Of a stretch of DNA of 64,000 bases, positions 49,001-62,200 are shown in pieces. The translations under genes and the position numbers were made by a program. How positions within the stretch are numbered: position 1 is the first letter of the stretch; the number at the start of each line of letters is the position of its first letter. The stretch spans positions 1,550,001 through 1,614,000 of the forward strand of contig JANHCV010000007.1 of NCBI GenBank assembly GCA_025594325.1. The letters run 5' to 3'. The notes below the pieces were generated by a model that did no database searches, had not been told where the DNA came from, and saw only the letters and a program-made list of their open reading frames with translations. This DNA is from Blastocladiella emersonii ATCC 22665. Taxonomy: Eukaryota; Fungi; Blastocladiomycota.

Positions 49001-50129
49001 GCGGCGCCTTGCTGTCCTCGAGCTTGATGCTGCAGTCGTAGTCGGGCCGTGATTTGGGGAGTTCCTTGGCGCCCGCGTCGTTGAACACGGACGCGAACTC
49101 GGCGATCTTGGGCGGCAGGTCGGGCAGTGCGGGTGGGCTTGTGGTCGGCGTTTCGTCGGGCGGTCCGTCTCAATCGCTCCACTCGAGCGAATCCGCGTCG
49201 GCGCGATACGTGGTTTTGGCGGCGTTGACGGCACCGAGAGAGCATGTGGCGGCCGCGGCACAGCTGTGGTCGCAGTGGCCCTCGATCTCGGCGGGGTCGT
49301 CGCTGCCCACGTCTGTGCAAGGCTCAGCGCCGCAATGACCGCGGCAGCGTCAGCGGACGTGGATGTGGCGCTGCTCCTTTCCCGGGCACAGCGTAGCCCT
49401 GGTCTCGTCAAACCAGTCGAGACCAAGAATCGTCAGGAACATGGGGGAGTCAATGACAAGCAGGTCAAGCGTCACGCAATAGTGGCACGGCAGGCCTGCG
49501 TACGCGCGGCTACGCGGGGCCTTTGCCCAAGCCCACTGCGGGATTGGGTGCACGGCGCGACGACCAAACGCGTGTGCGGGTAGGACGCGGGACCCGAGGC
49601 CCGCAGCGCGCCGTCGCAGGTGGGTGACGCCTCGCAGCATGGCGACAACGGCGCGGACCTTGTGCGTGATGGCTCCACTTGCAAGCGGCGTCCCATTGGC
49701 GTTGCCCATGGTCCGTGGGCGCGCGAGCGGGATCAGCTTCATTCCCATGGCCTCGGCGAGCCGATGGTCAATGAACGAGTTGGGCGCGCCCAAGTCGATC
49801 ATGTGCGCCACGGCGGCTGGCCGGCCTGCGCCGCTCGCGTCACCAAGCGCGGCTTTGAGGTACAGGTGTTGGTCACGGTGATCTAGTGCAAAGACTGATG
49901 CCAGGTAGTGAGCGACTGCGTTCTCATTCAGCTCCTTCTCAACAGAAAAATCAACATCCGTTTGGGTTGCCGCGGGGGTGGGCAACAAAGCAAGCGCCGC
50001 AACCGTGCTCGCTGGGGCCACGTCATGGGCTTGCCCGGTTGGCGGGGTTGACGGCAGGCGCTTGCGCTGCCCATGCCGGTTCTTGACGGGCGCGAGCGTT
50101 GGCTCGCTCACGCCCAACCGGCGTTTCCC
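46066..50129 (-). pseudogene. pol of element B: protease-RT-RNaseH-integrase-chromodomain, several frameshifts
   Basis: MIDLGAPNSFI (degenerate DSG), [24 protein letters not shown]...C..C, and chromodomain YFVEQILDSK...YLVHWRGYPINEATW. Confidence 0.93.
50075..50129 (-). promoter_or_regulatory. -1 ribosomal frameshift signal between gag and pol
   Basis: G GGA AAC heptamer in the gag frame (50129-50123), followed by a stem GGGCG-TGAGCG/CGCTCG-CGCCC; pol continues in the -1 frame. Confidence 0.75.
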
Positions 50130-51402
50130 AACGCCGACGTCAATGACGGGTTGCCCTTCTGCCACTGCTGGCAGCGCTCCTGCTGCTGCTTCTGGTCGCG
50201 GGGCGAAGCGCAGTCCTTGGCGTAGTGGCCGCGACCGCTGCAGTTGAAGCACGTGAGGCCAGGCGGGGCGACGGCGCCAATCACCATGGGCTCCAACCCA
50301 TTGTTGTACATGGACGTGGTCGGGGGGGGGGGGGGGGGGGGGGCAGCGCGCGGGGCGGGGGCGCGTACAGGGTGGGGGCGGGGGCGAGGCGGCCCATGGC
50401 CGCGTTCTTGATGCCGGCCTTGGCGTTGACAAACGACTGCAGGGCCTTGTTGAACTTGCCAAGGCGGGTCGCCTCAAGGAACGACGCATGATGGTGCACA
50501 GGGTGGGAGGGTGGGATGGCCTCGAGCAGGATGGCCATGGCAATGAGGCCGGGCATGCGGTACTTGAGCACAAGCTGCGTCATTGTTGCCAAGAACGCGC
50601 CCGTCCCACCGTGTCCGGGGCGCAGGCGCAGCAGGCCGCGCGCCCGGTTGATGCCGTCGCGGGACTTGGGCATGAGGCGGAGCAGGTCCTCGGCGTACTC
50701 AACAAAGCACAAGCATGCGCCCGTGGGGCACCGACACGCGAACTGGTACTGGCTGTCAAGCCACGCGCGCGCAAACGGCGTTGTCTTGAGGTCAACAATG
50801 TCAGACAGGTGGGTCTGGAGGGCGTGCTCGACGTCGAGCACGTCCTGGACCTGCGCGTACTTCTGGGCGATGCGGCGAAGGTGCGCCATGACGCCCTCCG
50901 TCAAGTCAGTGACCGGTCTGTAGTTCCCGGGCTTGAAGAAGTCCATCACAAGCTGGCGCTGGGGGTTGGAGGCCGGGCGCGTGACCATGAGCAACAGGTT
51001 GGGCATGCCATTGGCGGGGTCTGTCTCGGCGGCGCGGTGCTGCGCGAGCTGCGCCTGCAGCTGGGCGAGCTGCGACTCAAGGCGCGCCTGCTTGGCGCGG
51101 AGCTGCACGTTCTCGGCGCGGAGGCGCTCCTTGGTGTCCTGCGCCGTCTTGAGGCAGTAGGTCGTGCGGGCCAGGACGTGGACAACGACCTTGGTCGTCT
51201 GGTGGGCACGGTTGAGCTGGTCGTCCTCGGGCGCCGTGATGATCGACGCGGCGAGCGCGCCGCCGTGGATGATGTCGAGGAACGTCTCGCGGCTGGCGTG
51301 GTTGAGGGTGGACACGGGGACCGCAGCGACAACGGACTTGAGCAGCGGTACCATGACAGCCGGGTCGTCAAGGTGAATTGGGGGGAGTGCGTTGGTGGAC
51401 AT
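50108..51402 (-). pseudogene. gag of element B with CCHC zinc knuckle; frame broken at a G22 run (50322-50343)
   Basis: MSTNALPP start; CFNCSGRGHYAKDC knuckle. Confidence 0.85.
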
Positions 51403-51437
51403 CTTGCCGCCGGTGGTAGGGGGGTGACGGAACAAAG

Positions 51438-51654
51438 TGTAAAGACAAGGGACCAGGGGCGGGTTGATGAACACGAGGCGCAATTAATCGCGTGATAAAT
51501 GATCTTGTTCCGTGGAGAGCGAGAGCCGGCTGCACCGCACTACACGCTGAAATGGGGACAACAGTGAACGGGGAGCGGGGAATCCTGGATCGGCAAGTCG
51601 CGCCACGCCGCGCGTGAACGCAACGCGCCACACCTGTCACGCTGCGCCGTGACA
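51438..51654 (-). repeat. 5' LTR of element B with adjacent self-priming-type PBS (51427-51437)
   Basis: PBS CTTTGTTCCGT is complementary to ACGGAACAAG inside the LTR (51513-51504). Confidence 0.9.
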
Positions 51655-52066
51655 GCCGCACGCTGCTGCCGCCGGCGCTGTACGTCGTCAACGGGCGCAA
51701 GGAGTGGTCGGTCATGGCGATTGTCAACGCATGCAGGTTGGCTTTGGGTCGCAGCGTTGAGTACCTGGTCAAGTGGCATGCCTGCCCCAAGACCAACAAC
51801 ACGTGGGAGCCGTACGCAAACCTCAAGCACCTCAAGATGCTTGCCAAGTTCCACGTCGCGCACCTGTCGGCCCCTGACCCTCGCCGCAGGAGAGGAGGGG
51901 GGGGGATAGTGTCACGTGCGCGTTTGGCACGTGCGCCGTGACGTCTCAGATTGTTGAGCCGCTGCTTGCTTGCACTCTGTTCTTGCTCCCTGCTGTTCTA
52001 CCACATACATCCTCGTTCGCTAGTCATTGTGTATTTGGCCCTCCGCGGGCGCTCTGTTATGTACAG
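51655..52066 (+). mobile_element. 3' end of element A: chromodomain, PPT (about 51886-51909) and 3' LTR starting TGTCAC at 51910 (right end uncertain)
   Basis: KEWSVMAIVN...VEYLVKWHACPKTNNTWEP continues the pol frame across the TSD; purine tract precedes TG. Confidence 0.8.
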
Positions 52067-52433
52067 TGTGTTGATGCCGACAGAAGGAGGCGGGAGACAA
52101 GTAGTCAGGGATGTCTATTCCTGCCTTGGGCCCCGAACCCAAGACGGGGAGAGGGGAGAATGGATAACAAAGCAGGGCGCGCCGCAGCGGGGTGCGACGG
52201 TGCGGGAGCGAGGGATTGCGGGCGGCTCACGCAAGATCAGATGATTGATCACCGCGGTCGTGGCCACATGAACAACACGCAACACAGTGGGTTACCCACG
52301 GCCTGCCCACCGCTTGGGCTAAGCAATTGGTCTCCCTGAGTGGTGGGTTACTACGCCGACCCACCGCTTGGGTGAGCAACTGGCTCCAATTGGTCATCCC
52401 GAGTGGTGGGTTCTACAGAGAGTGGTAGTAGTA

Positions 52434-52458
52434 TGTAGAATACCGACGGTATTCTACA
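52434..52458. repeat. Perfect 25-bp palindrome at the duplication junction
   Basis: TGTAGAATACCG-A-CGGTATTCTACA. Confidence 0.9.
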
Positions 52459-52795
52459 GCAGCAGTCCCATTCCCAGTCGCAGACGCAGACCCAGTGGGG
52501 CAACGGCCACGGCGATGACGCGCAGCACCAGCACCAGTCGCAGTTGCAGGGCCAGTGGTCCAACGGCCACGGCGACGCGTTCCAGTCGCAGTCGCAGTCG
52601 CAGTCGCAGACCCAGTTCCAGGGCCACAACTCGGCCGACGGCTTTGTCAGCGGCAACCTGGCCACGTGGGGTCCCTCAGGCGACTGCAGCAGCAGCAGCA
52701 GCAGTAGCGACTTCCACATCATGCCGATCAACAACACCAGCAACGACTGCGACGTCACGACCCTGCCCATCAACCACGGCTCCTGCTGCTGCTAA
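52459..52795 (+). pseudogene. 5'-truncated copy of the Gln/Ser repeat gene
   Basis: Encodes only the last repeats and ...GSCCC; no start codon. Confidence 0.85.
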
Positions 52796-54102
52796 GGCGC
52801 GCGCGTGCGTTGGTCGCCCATATCGCGCTCGCTCACCTGCGCTACAACTAGATGTCGCACGTTTGCGTCGATATTGTCCATAGTCCCTTCCCTACAATCC
52901 ATTGCATCCTTATTCTACTGCCATGCTGCCTCCTCGCAAGAACTAGTCCGTCACGACTGAAAGCTGAACGCTGTCCAGGAGGTCGGAGGGGGGTGTGGAC
53001 GCGCTGCGAGCGTCAATAACGGCCTGTCTTGCTTCGAATCAGGCACGTACCCTGTCATATCTCGGCGGGTCGCTCTTTGGAACGGTTCCTGCGAGCCGCC
53101 TGGTCGCGAACCTGATCGAGAGAATGATCAGAAAACGTGAGTGGCGCTTTCGCCGTTGAGGCTGTCGATGCCGCTCGCGCCCTCAAACGACCTCATTCGG
53201 CCTTGCTCCCCCGCTCACCAAAAGTCTTCGGCCATGGATTCACGACGACACTTGATGCAAACTCATGAACATGAAAACCGCACTTGTTTCTTGCTCAACT
53301 TGCCGCCCAAGCTGCAGCTGGCTATAGCCTCGTACCTCTCGCTCTACGACGCGGCGACGCTCCGCGCGACTTGTTGGCGCGTGAATTCGTCAGTACTCTG
53401 GCACGGGCAGCTTTGGTGGCCGATGCTCCTTGCTCTTGCCGCTGGCAACGCGAGCCGGTTCCGGGCAGTCGCTCTGCCGTACTACGGCCCACGCCGTCAC
53501 CGGCACCGCAACCTGCCGCCAGCGTGCAGCAACGCTCAAGTCAAGTCCATCTTTTTCGAGCTTGCTTCCGTCATGGTTTCTCGAGATGTCGGGGACCGCA
53601 GTCGCTGGTCGATGCTCCCGGCTTGGACCCACCACGGCCGAATTCCCATTGACCAGCGGGCGTACGTGCGTCTCCACACATCTGCCATGCGGCGGGGCGC
53701 TATAAACGCAATGGCGGTCCTTGCGACGTGGAAGAATCGCAACGGCCGTAACCTGCACGACCTGCATCTCGTCGCCCAGTGGTCGACCCAATCTGCCGCT
53801 TGCGCACGCTATCAACCTTGCGAGCAATGGCGGCTTCAAACCCGGCCAAGTTGCGCCCCTCTTGCGCGCCACGTTCTACTCGGCTTGCCGACTCGGGTCC
53901 GTCGACGAAGCAGTCACACAATTCCTCCTGCAACCCGCAAGCTTTTTGCCTCGAACTGCTTCTGGATGCTCCAGCCCACGACGATCATGTGCATGACGAC
54001 GCGAAGACCTCGCTGCTCGGGACGGCCTTTGCGCTGATGATGAAAGGCTCTATGCGCGGCGGCGGAGCAATTGCGGTCGCGCGACTCCTTGCCAATCTCA
54101 CC
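52459..54102 (+). repeat. Inverted duplication, right copy (partner 23145-24790)
   Basis: Near-identical reverse complement of 23145-24790. Confidence 0.95.
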
Positions 54103-55053
54103 ATTCTTGCGCACGCAGCAGGAGTGCGCAGACCGGACGGGACCACGCTCGAGATTGACCTTGTTGATGGGATCGAGCCTGTTCGCGCGCGAGTCGAGAC
54201 CCTCCTTCCTGTCACTCACAATCGGCGGTACACTCCTTCCCGAACTCGACTCAATGCGCTACTCCCGACCGTTGGCAAGTACATGCTTGACGGGGTTTGT
54301 CTCGTGGAGCCGTGGAGCAAACCGAACATCATCCACTACCCACTTGCGAGCTCTGTCGACAAGATCCTTGCGCAGGCACGCTGGTGGCACCCGAGCCTCA
54401 CCATTGTCCAGGCCATATCAAACCGGCTTGACGACACTGTCCGCGGCTGGGAACCGGCGGATATTCCAACTGTCGTTGCCCGCTTCCCCGTGCGCCTTGA
54501 CCCGGCGCTGCCCACTTTCCCGCTACCTCGCACCATGCACCTGCGCTCCGAGCCGTACACGGATGCCGAGTGGCACGAGATCCACTTGAGCCTCACGACC
54601 ATGTACCAGCGCTTGTGGGAGCCCGAGGCCGCCGCGGACGCGATTGCAAAGTGGTGGCGAGACGTCACCATGCCGCACAACGACTGATGGCTTCAAGCAA
54701 TCATTGACGTCGAGTATCCCGGCATGCCTAGACTAACAGCGGAAGACGAACCGCTCGATGTGGCTCCGTACGGAGTCAACGGACTTGGGCTGCAGATGAC
54801 CACGGTTGTCGAGCTGCACGCGACCGTAGGATACGGCGGAGAAACGCTTGCCAAGCGCGTCACGACGCTGCGCGGTCGGCCGTGGCGCATGTCCGCCAAG
54901 TTTCTCGACCAAGTTCTCACCGCGCCTTGGACGGCGTGGCGCCGGGACGAGGTTGCAGGGTTTCTCACGAAGGCCCAAAAAACTAGGGTCCTTGCCGATC
55001 CCGAGCTGTGCGCGCGTGTCCAAGCGTGGGTCGAGTCCACGAGGCCTCGGTAA
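53234..55053 (+). pseudogene. F-box protein pseudogene, full-extent copy
   Basis: F-box motif at the N-terminus; frameshifts at about 53.78 and 53.94 kb; in-frame TGA at 54685-54687 with the frame continuing to 55053. Confidence 0.7.
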
Positions 55054-56140
55054 CCGTGGAGTTTGTTGAGCTCGTTCCCACGGAGGTTTGATTCCGTTAC
55101 ATGTACCTGATTCTCTACCACTATTCCCATTACACCGGTCTCTTGAGTCGTGAAGCGGGAGAGCGTTGGGATCCGGTTGAGCTCAGGTGTCTGCTATCCG
55201 CACGCTTGCCCGCTCAGGTCCGGTCTGAATCGCGACGCGACCTTTGCTTGCAGTTCGATCATTCTGCCCATCATCACGGAGGCGGTGGGCTTGTCATAGA
55301 ACACCAGCTCTTTAAGCAGCGTGCGTGAACGCCACGAACTTGAAGACTGACGCGCCGCAACAGGCCTCTTACGCGCCACTCTGTCCTGAAACGCGACGCG
55401 ACGCGTCCCGGCGCTTGGATCACGGCGACCATCATCACGGCGACTCTCGCGATCGAGATGCTTCTGGACTCTTTTTTCCTCATTTCGCGAGCAGCCTTGT
55501 GGCGAGTAGAACCGTGTATCTCACGCGCCGGAAGTACCGCCCTGGTTCGTGCACGGCGGCAGTTTGTGGACGGCAGGCGCGTGTCAATGCCGCGGGCTTC
55601 AGTGTGCGACGTGTCTTTTATGCGGATCCCGTTTTGCTCGCTCGGTTTCCCGCAAGACCCGACCGAATCAGTCGTTCAAGAGACCGCTCGATCGGCGATA
55701 GTGGAAGAGCGACCGGGCTGCTTAAGTTACCGTTTGATGAGCGACAGCGGACGCGACACTCGTTGTTGCGCGAGGACATGAGTGGAGCGGGAGCGGAAGC
55801 GAGCGGACCGAGGCGTCCATGACCGGAGAGCACAGCACACGCAAACGACTTGGAGGGTCATGATCACGGGCGAGGCTAGACGATCCGATCAGGTTTTTTT
55901 GCGAGGGGCAAATGTTTTTTAATCATCCCCGGCATGACGCCGAGGGCAAATGGGAGAGAGAGGGAGAATCGCGTCGAGACAACAGGGAGAGAGGGGGAAT
56001 CAATGGGGGTGAGAGAAAGAAGAGAGAGGGTGGGGAAGATCTTGTCGCGCGACCACGACCACGACCGCGACCACGATGTCGCCGCCGCCAGCGTGGAGGT
56101 GACGACGACCGACGACACCGATGCCGAGAAAACAGAGCAC

Positions 56141-57675
<1,535 letters not shown>

Positions 57676-59279
57676 CTACACGGTGGTGCGGGTGGAGGTC
57701 GGCGGTGAGTGATACGTTGGTCGTGGCGGTCGGATCCGAGGCGGGCGACGCGGCGGCGGCCGCCTCGACCGAGGTGGGAGACGGCGGCGGTGGCGGCGAC
57801 GCGGCATCGGCGCGCGAGCGAGCGGGGCGGCGACGACGACGTACGAAGAGTGGGTAGGTGGGGTAGGGGGTGAGAGTGGGGTGTGTGAAGGGGGGGGGGG
57901 GGGGTGGAGCGTGTAGCAAGAGTGACGGCTGCTGCAAGCTTGTGGAGCAGGAGAGAGCGAGGGCGACGGGGGGAGCGGCGCGGATTTATGGGCGTGGGGA
58001 TGCGAGTGCGACGGCCGACGGGCACCGGCCACGGCGGCTCGCTCAGCAGCGCCCCGGCGCGCTCCTCAGGGGCGTGCGAAAGGGACTGGGCGCGGGGGAC
58101 ACGCAACCCGTGGCGCTGCGCGTGGGAACGCTGCGCACGCGACGCGCACGCGGGCCGCCTGCTTCCCGCTTTCGGCAACGCCGCACGCCGCCAACGTGAC
58201 GGCGCTGCCAGGCGCGTCCCGTTTCTCCTTGCCGCTTTGCCCCCCGCCGCAGGATGACTCGATCTGCAGGACACCCCCTGCCGATCAACCCACAGATCTG
58301 CAAGCGGGCGAGTCCTCTGCGCGTGTGCGACCAATCCGCTGGCAGCGGTGGTTTTTCCGGCGGGGATCTGCGCGGGCTGCAGCAGGTGCAGCAGCGCCGC
58401 ACGTGTGAGCGACCACGGCACGGCAAGTGTGCTGCGCCCGGTGCTGCTCCCTGAGTTGGCCGACCGGCCGCCCTCCTCTCCGCGTCGCCATCGCGTCCGC
58501 CGTCCCGCGAGACCCGCCACCGACGCTCCACCGGAGCACGCACACGCCCGCCACTTGCTGCAACGCCATCAACACGCCGCCCGCTGCGCGCCCCTGCACC
58601 GCCTGCCCGCTCGCCACCCGATCGCGCCTGGCTGCGCGCGTCGCTGCTGCTCGCCGCGCGTCCATACCGCCGACCTCCCGCACACGCGATTGCGTGTGCA
58701 ACCGCGTGTGGCGCATCGGCTGTCCCACGCGCTGCGCCTGCGCCCGTCTCGCTCGGCCCCACGCGTTCCCGCGCTCGCTCGCACAGCGCACACGTTCTCG
58801 CTGCTCGCTGTCCCGAGGGACCCGCACCTGAACCCGGTTCTCTCGCACGCCTGTCCAATTCCGGCCCTCTTGAAGTCGAATTCGGCCGTCGCTTCTCCTT
58901 CCCCGCCCGCCCGCCCGCCCGCGAGCTCGAGCGTAGCGCACCTCGTCCAGGACCGCAACGTGCGTCCCTCTCCCTTGCTTCCTCGCGCGACGCGATCCGA
59001 CCAGTCGCTCATCCATGAAACCTGTGTGTTGCCCGTTCCTGCCCTCTAGTCGCGTCGCACGCGCCAAACAGCGACCTCGACCTCCTCCGCCTCGCCCGGA
59101 ACCCGTTCTCGTGCTCAACCGCAAGCCGATCATCTCTGCTGCTGCCGTTGTCGCCGCTGACGTATCGATACCCTCTTCGACCGGGTACGCGACGCGCTTA
59201 CGTCGCCGTTCGTCCCCGGCTGCGCTGACCGTCGCTGATCACCCGTAGCACCCGCGGTCCTCGCCCTCCGCCGCCGGCC

Positions 59280-62200
59280 ATGGCCTCCGCGCCGCAGAAA
59301 CCACCTCCTCCCTCGTCGACCCCGCCGCCTGCGCTGCCGTTGTCGACGACGAGTTCCTCCTCTCCTACACCCGCTGCGCCCACGGCCGACCCGACCGCCG
59401 CCGCCGTCCCACCCGCTCCGCCGGCCACGCCCGTGCGCCAGCCCTCGGCTACCGCGCCCGGCGGCCCCATCGTCCCCGGCCGCCCGCGGATCCCGTCGCG
59501 TCGCTCGTCGCCGCTCAACCCAAACAGCACCACCGCCAACGCCAACAATGCCGCCGCTGCTGCCGCCGTGACGCCGCTCGCCGTATCGGCCGCCATGGCT
59601 GCTGCCGCCGCGGGCTCGCCCAGCCCGAGCGCACCGAGCCCGCTCATGATGGCCGCGGCCGCGGCCGCCGCCAGTCCGACGACCCTCGTCGCGAGCCCGG
59701 TCCCCCAACCTCAACAGCCCGATCCGGACGCTGATCTACCGGCTGCTGGAACCCTCGACGCCGCGTCGCCGCCGACCGCCGTCGAGCTGCCGCCCGCGCA
59801 CCAGCACTACCACTCGCTCCGCGCCATGCGCGCGAGCTCGGTCTCGGCGTCCGCGAGCGACCTGACGCACCACGCCGCCGCCGTGTCGCTCGCCAGCTCG
59901 GCCCAGCAGCACCCCGCCTCGACCTCGAGCTCCGGATCCGTCGAAACCCCCGCGATCGCCGCGTCCTTTGCCATGCCCGCGACGCCGAGCCGCACCCGCG
60001 CCCACTCGCGGTCCGCGTCGCTCGAGCAGAGCGTGCTCCTCGCCCAGCTCGCCCAGCTGCAGCTCCAGGGCGGCCAGCCCGGCGCCGTCAACGCCATCGT
60101 CACGGGCGCCGTGCCCGCACCGAGCGCTAACGCGTCAGCGGTGCAGCAGCAGCAGCCGGTGACCCCGCAACAGCAGCAGCAGACGGTCACTGGCACCGGC
60201 CACATCACGCCGACGTCGTCCCCGCGCCTCTCGGCCTCGCTGCACCGGTCGGCGGGCGCGCCGAGTAGCGGTGTCTCGCTCCCGGCGCCCGTCACGCCCG
60301 TCCAGCCGCGCATGCACCGCGCCAACAGCTCCGGCAGCAGTGGGTCGGGTCCCACCGCTGCCGCGGCCGCGACGACGACGGCGGGCAGCTCGGCTGGCGG
60401 AAGCAGCGTGAGTCTCTCGCACATCGCGAGCACCGCTGCCTCCGGGTCGCCGCTTCTCCCACCCACCTCCTCGTCGTCGCTTCCGCGCCAGCACCACCAC
60501 CACTACGACAACGACACGGCAGACCTGCCACCATCGCGCACCGCGTCGCCGCGGACGCACGCGACGCAGTCCATGTCCATGACGGGCCTGACGCCATTGC
60601 TCCTCGGCTCCGCCGCGCTCGGCCCACCCGGCTCGCCCGCGTCCGTGACTCCCGGCACCTCGCCCATCGTCGGCACAGTCCAGGCGAAACTCTTCATCAA
60701 GACGCGCCGCCACAGCACCGCGAGCCCCGGACCGCGCACGCCCAACTCGCCGTCGTCGTCCGCGACCAACTCGCCCACGCTGTCGCACGCGCCTATCGGG
60801 TTTGGGACTACGCCGCCCACGGGGTCGATGGCGGGATTGGTGAACACGCCCGTCTCCCCCTCCGCCGCACGCACGCTCGGGTTCAGCGCCGCGTCCGTCG
60901 CGTCCGTGTACTCGGGCGGCAGTGGGGCCGGTGGCGGCGGCGGGTCGGTCCCGTCGAGCCCGTCGTCGACGCACTCGGCCGCGAGCCTCCACCGCCGCTC
61001 GCGCCTCGGATCGTACGAGGCCAAGGGCGGCCGCGCCAACGCCGTGTCCCGCGACGAACCCGTCCTGTCGCGGTCCGCCGTCGACCTCGTCGCGCGCCAC
61101 CAAGCGGACTCGGCGTCCCTGCTCGGGCGGAGTATGAGCCCCGCGCCGTCGCTACCGCCCGCCGGGTACGGCTCGTCGCCGGGCGGCCACGCGGTGGGCG
61201 AGGGCGGGCTCACGGTCCGCTCGCTCTCGTCCGTCGTCCCGAGCCCCGTCCCCGAAGACGACCGCAGCGGGTCCGGCACCGCGACAGCCGCCGACTACTC
61301 GCCGCGTGCACCGCTCACCGTCACGTCGGCGCTCAGCGCGCGCAGTCCCGCCTACGACCTGGACGACGACGAGGACGACGACGACCGGTCCGAGGGATCC
61401 GTCGCCAGCGCGCCGTGCCTCCGCTCCGCCGCCAACAACGTCCTCACGCCCACGTCCGCGGCGGCGGCAGCCTCGACGGTCGCCGGGTTCCACCCCGTGT
61501 TCCCCGCCGCGCAGCCGCGCGGCCCGCTCGCGAGCACGTCGAGCCTCCTCTCGATGGGCATCCTGCGCGCCGCGGGGACCGGGTCCACGGGGATCCCGCA
61601 GGCCGGGCCCGACGCGGCTATCTGGTCGGTCCTCGCTGCGCCGACGCTCGCGGGCGCCGGCGCATCGTCGCGCGCGTCGCGCGCCGAGCTGAACGCCGCT
61701 CCGTCTCATGCCACCGCGACGGGTGCGGCGGGCGCCGCGTCGCAGTCCCCCGCGCGCCGCGACGTCGTCTACGACCCCGTCGCGACCCTGTCGACGTCGG
61801 CGCCCGAACTCCCGCTCCCGCCCGTCAACGCGGCCGAGGCCAGCCACGCGCTCCAGCACCGCGGACGGCACCGGTACCGCCCGCGCGCGCATACGACGCA
61901 GGTGCAGCGGTTTGCCGCCGCCGAGCATCATCCGTCCTCGCGCGCGGCCACTGCGGACCCGGGGAGTCCGCGGATCATTTCACGCTCGCCGTCGCCCACC
62001 GCCGCGTCGCTGTCGCTCCCGCGCCGCCCGAGATCGCCTACGCCTGTTCCGAGCCGGAGCCGCAGCGAGGGTACGCCGTCGCCGAGCCCGTCGCTCTCGC
62101 GGAACCGCGGGTCGCGGAGTAGCGGCTTGTGGCTCGATGACCGCGGCGGCGCCGCCAGCGACGTCGTCAAGAGCCCGACGCCCCCGCCCGCGCCAGCGCC

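Larger units (their letters stand above)
45867..51654 (-). mobile_element. Full-length Ty3/Gypsy chromovirus B inserted in element A
   Basis: 217-bp LTRs at 45867-46083 and 51438-51654, TG...CA ends, three visible mismatches; TSD GCCGC (45862-45866, 51655-51659); PPT at 46084-46102. Confidence 0.97.

Noticed and set aside
55200-55445. Weak direct similarity around GCGACGCGAC...CATCATCACGG
   Set aside because: Too short and diverged to support a feature.
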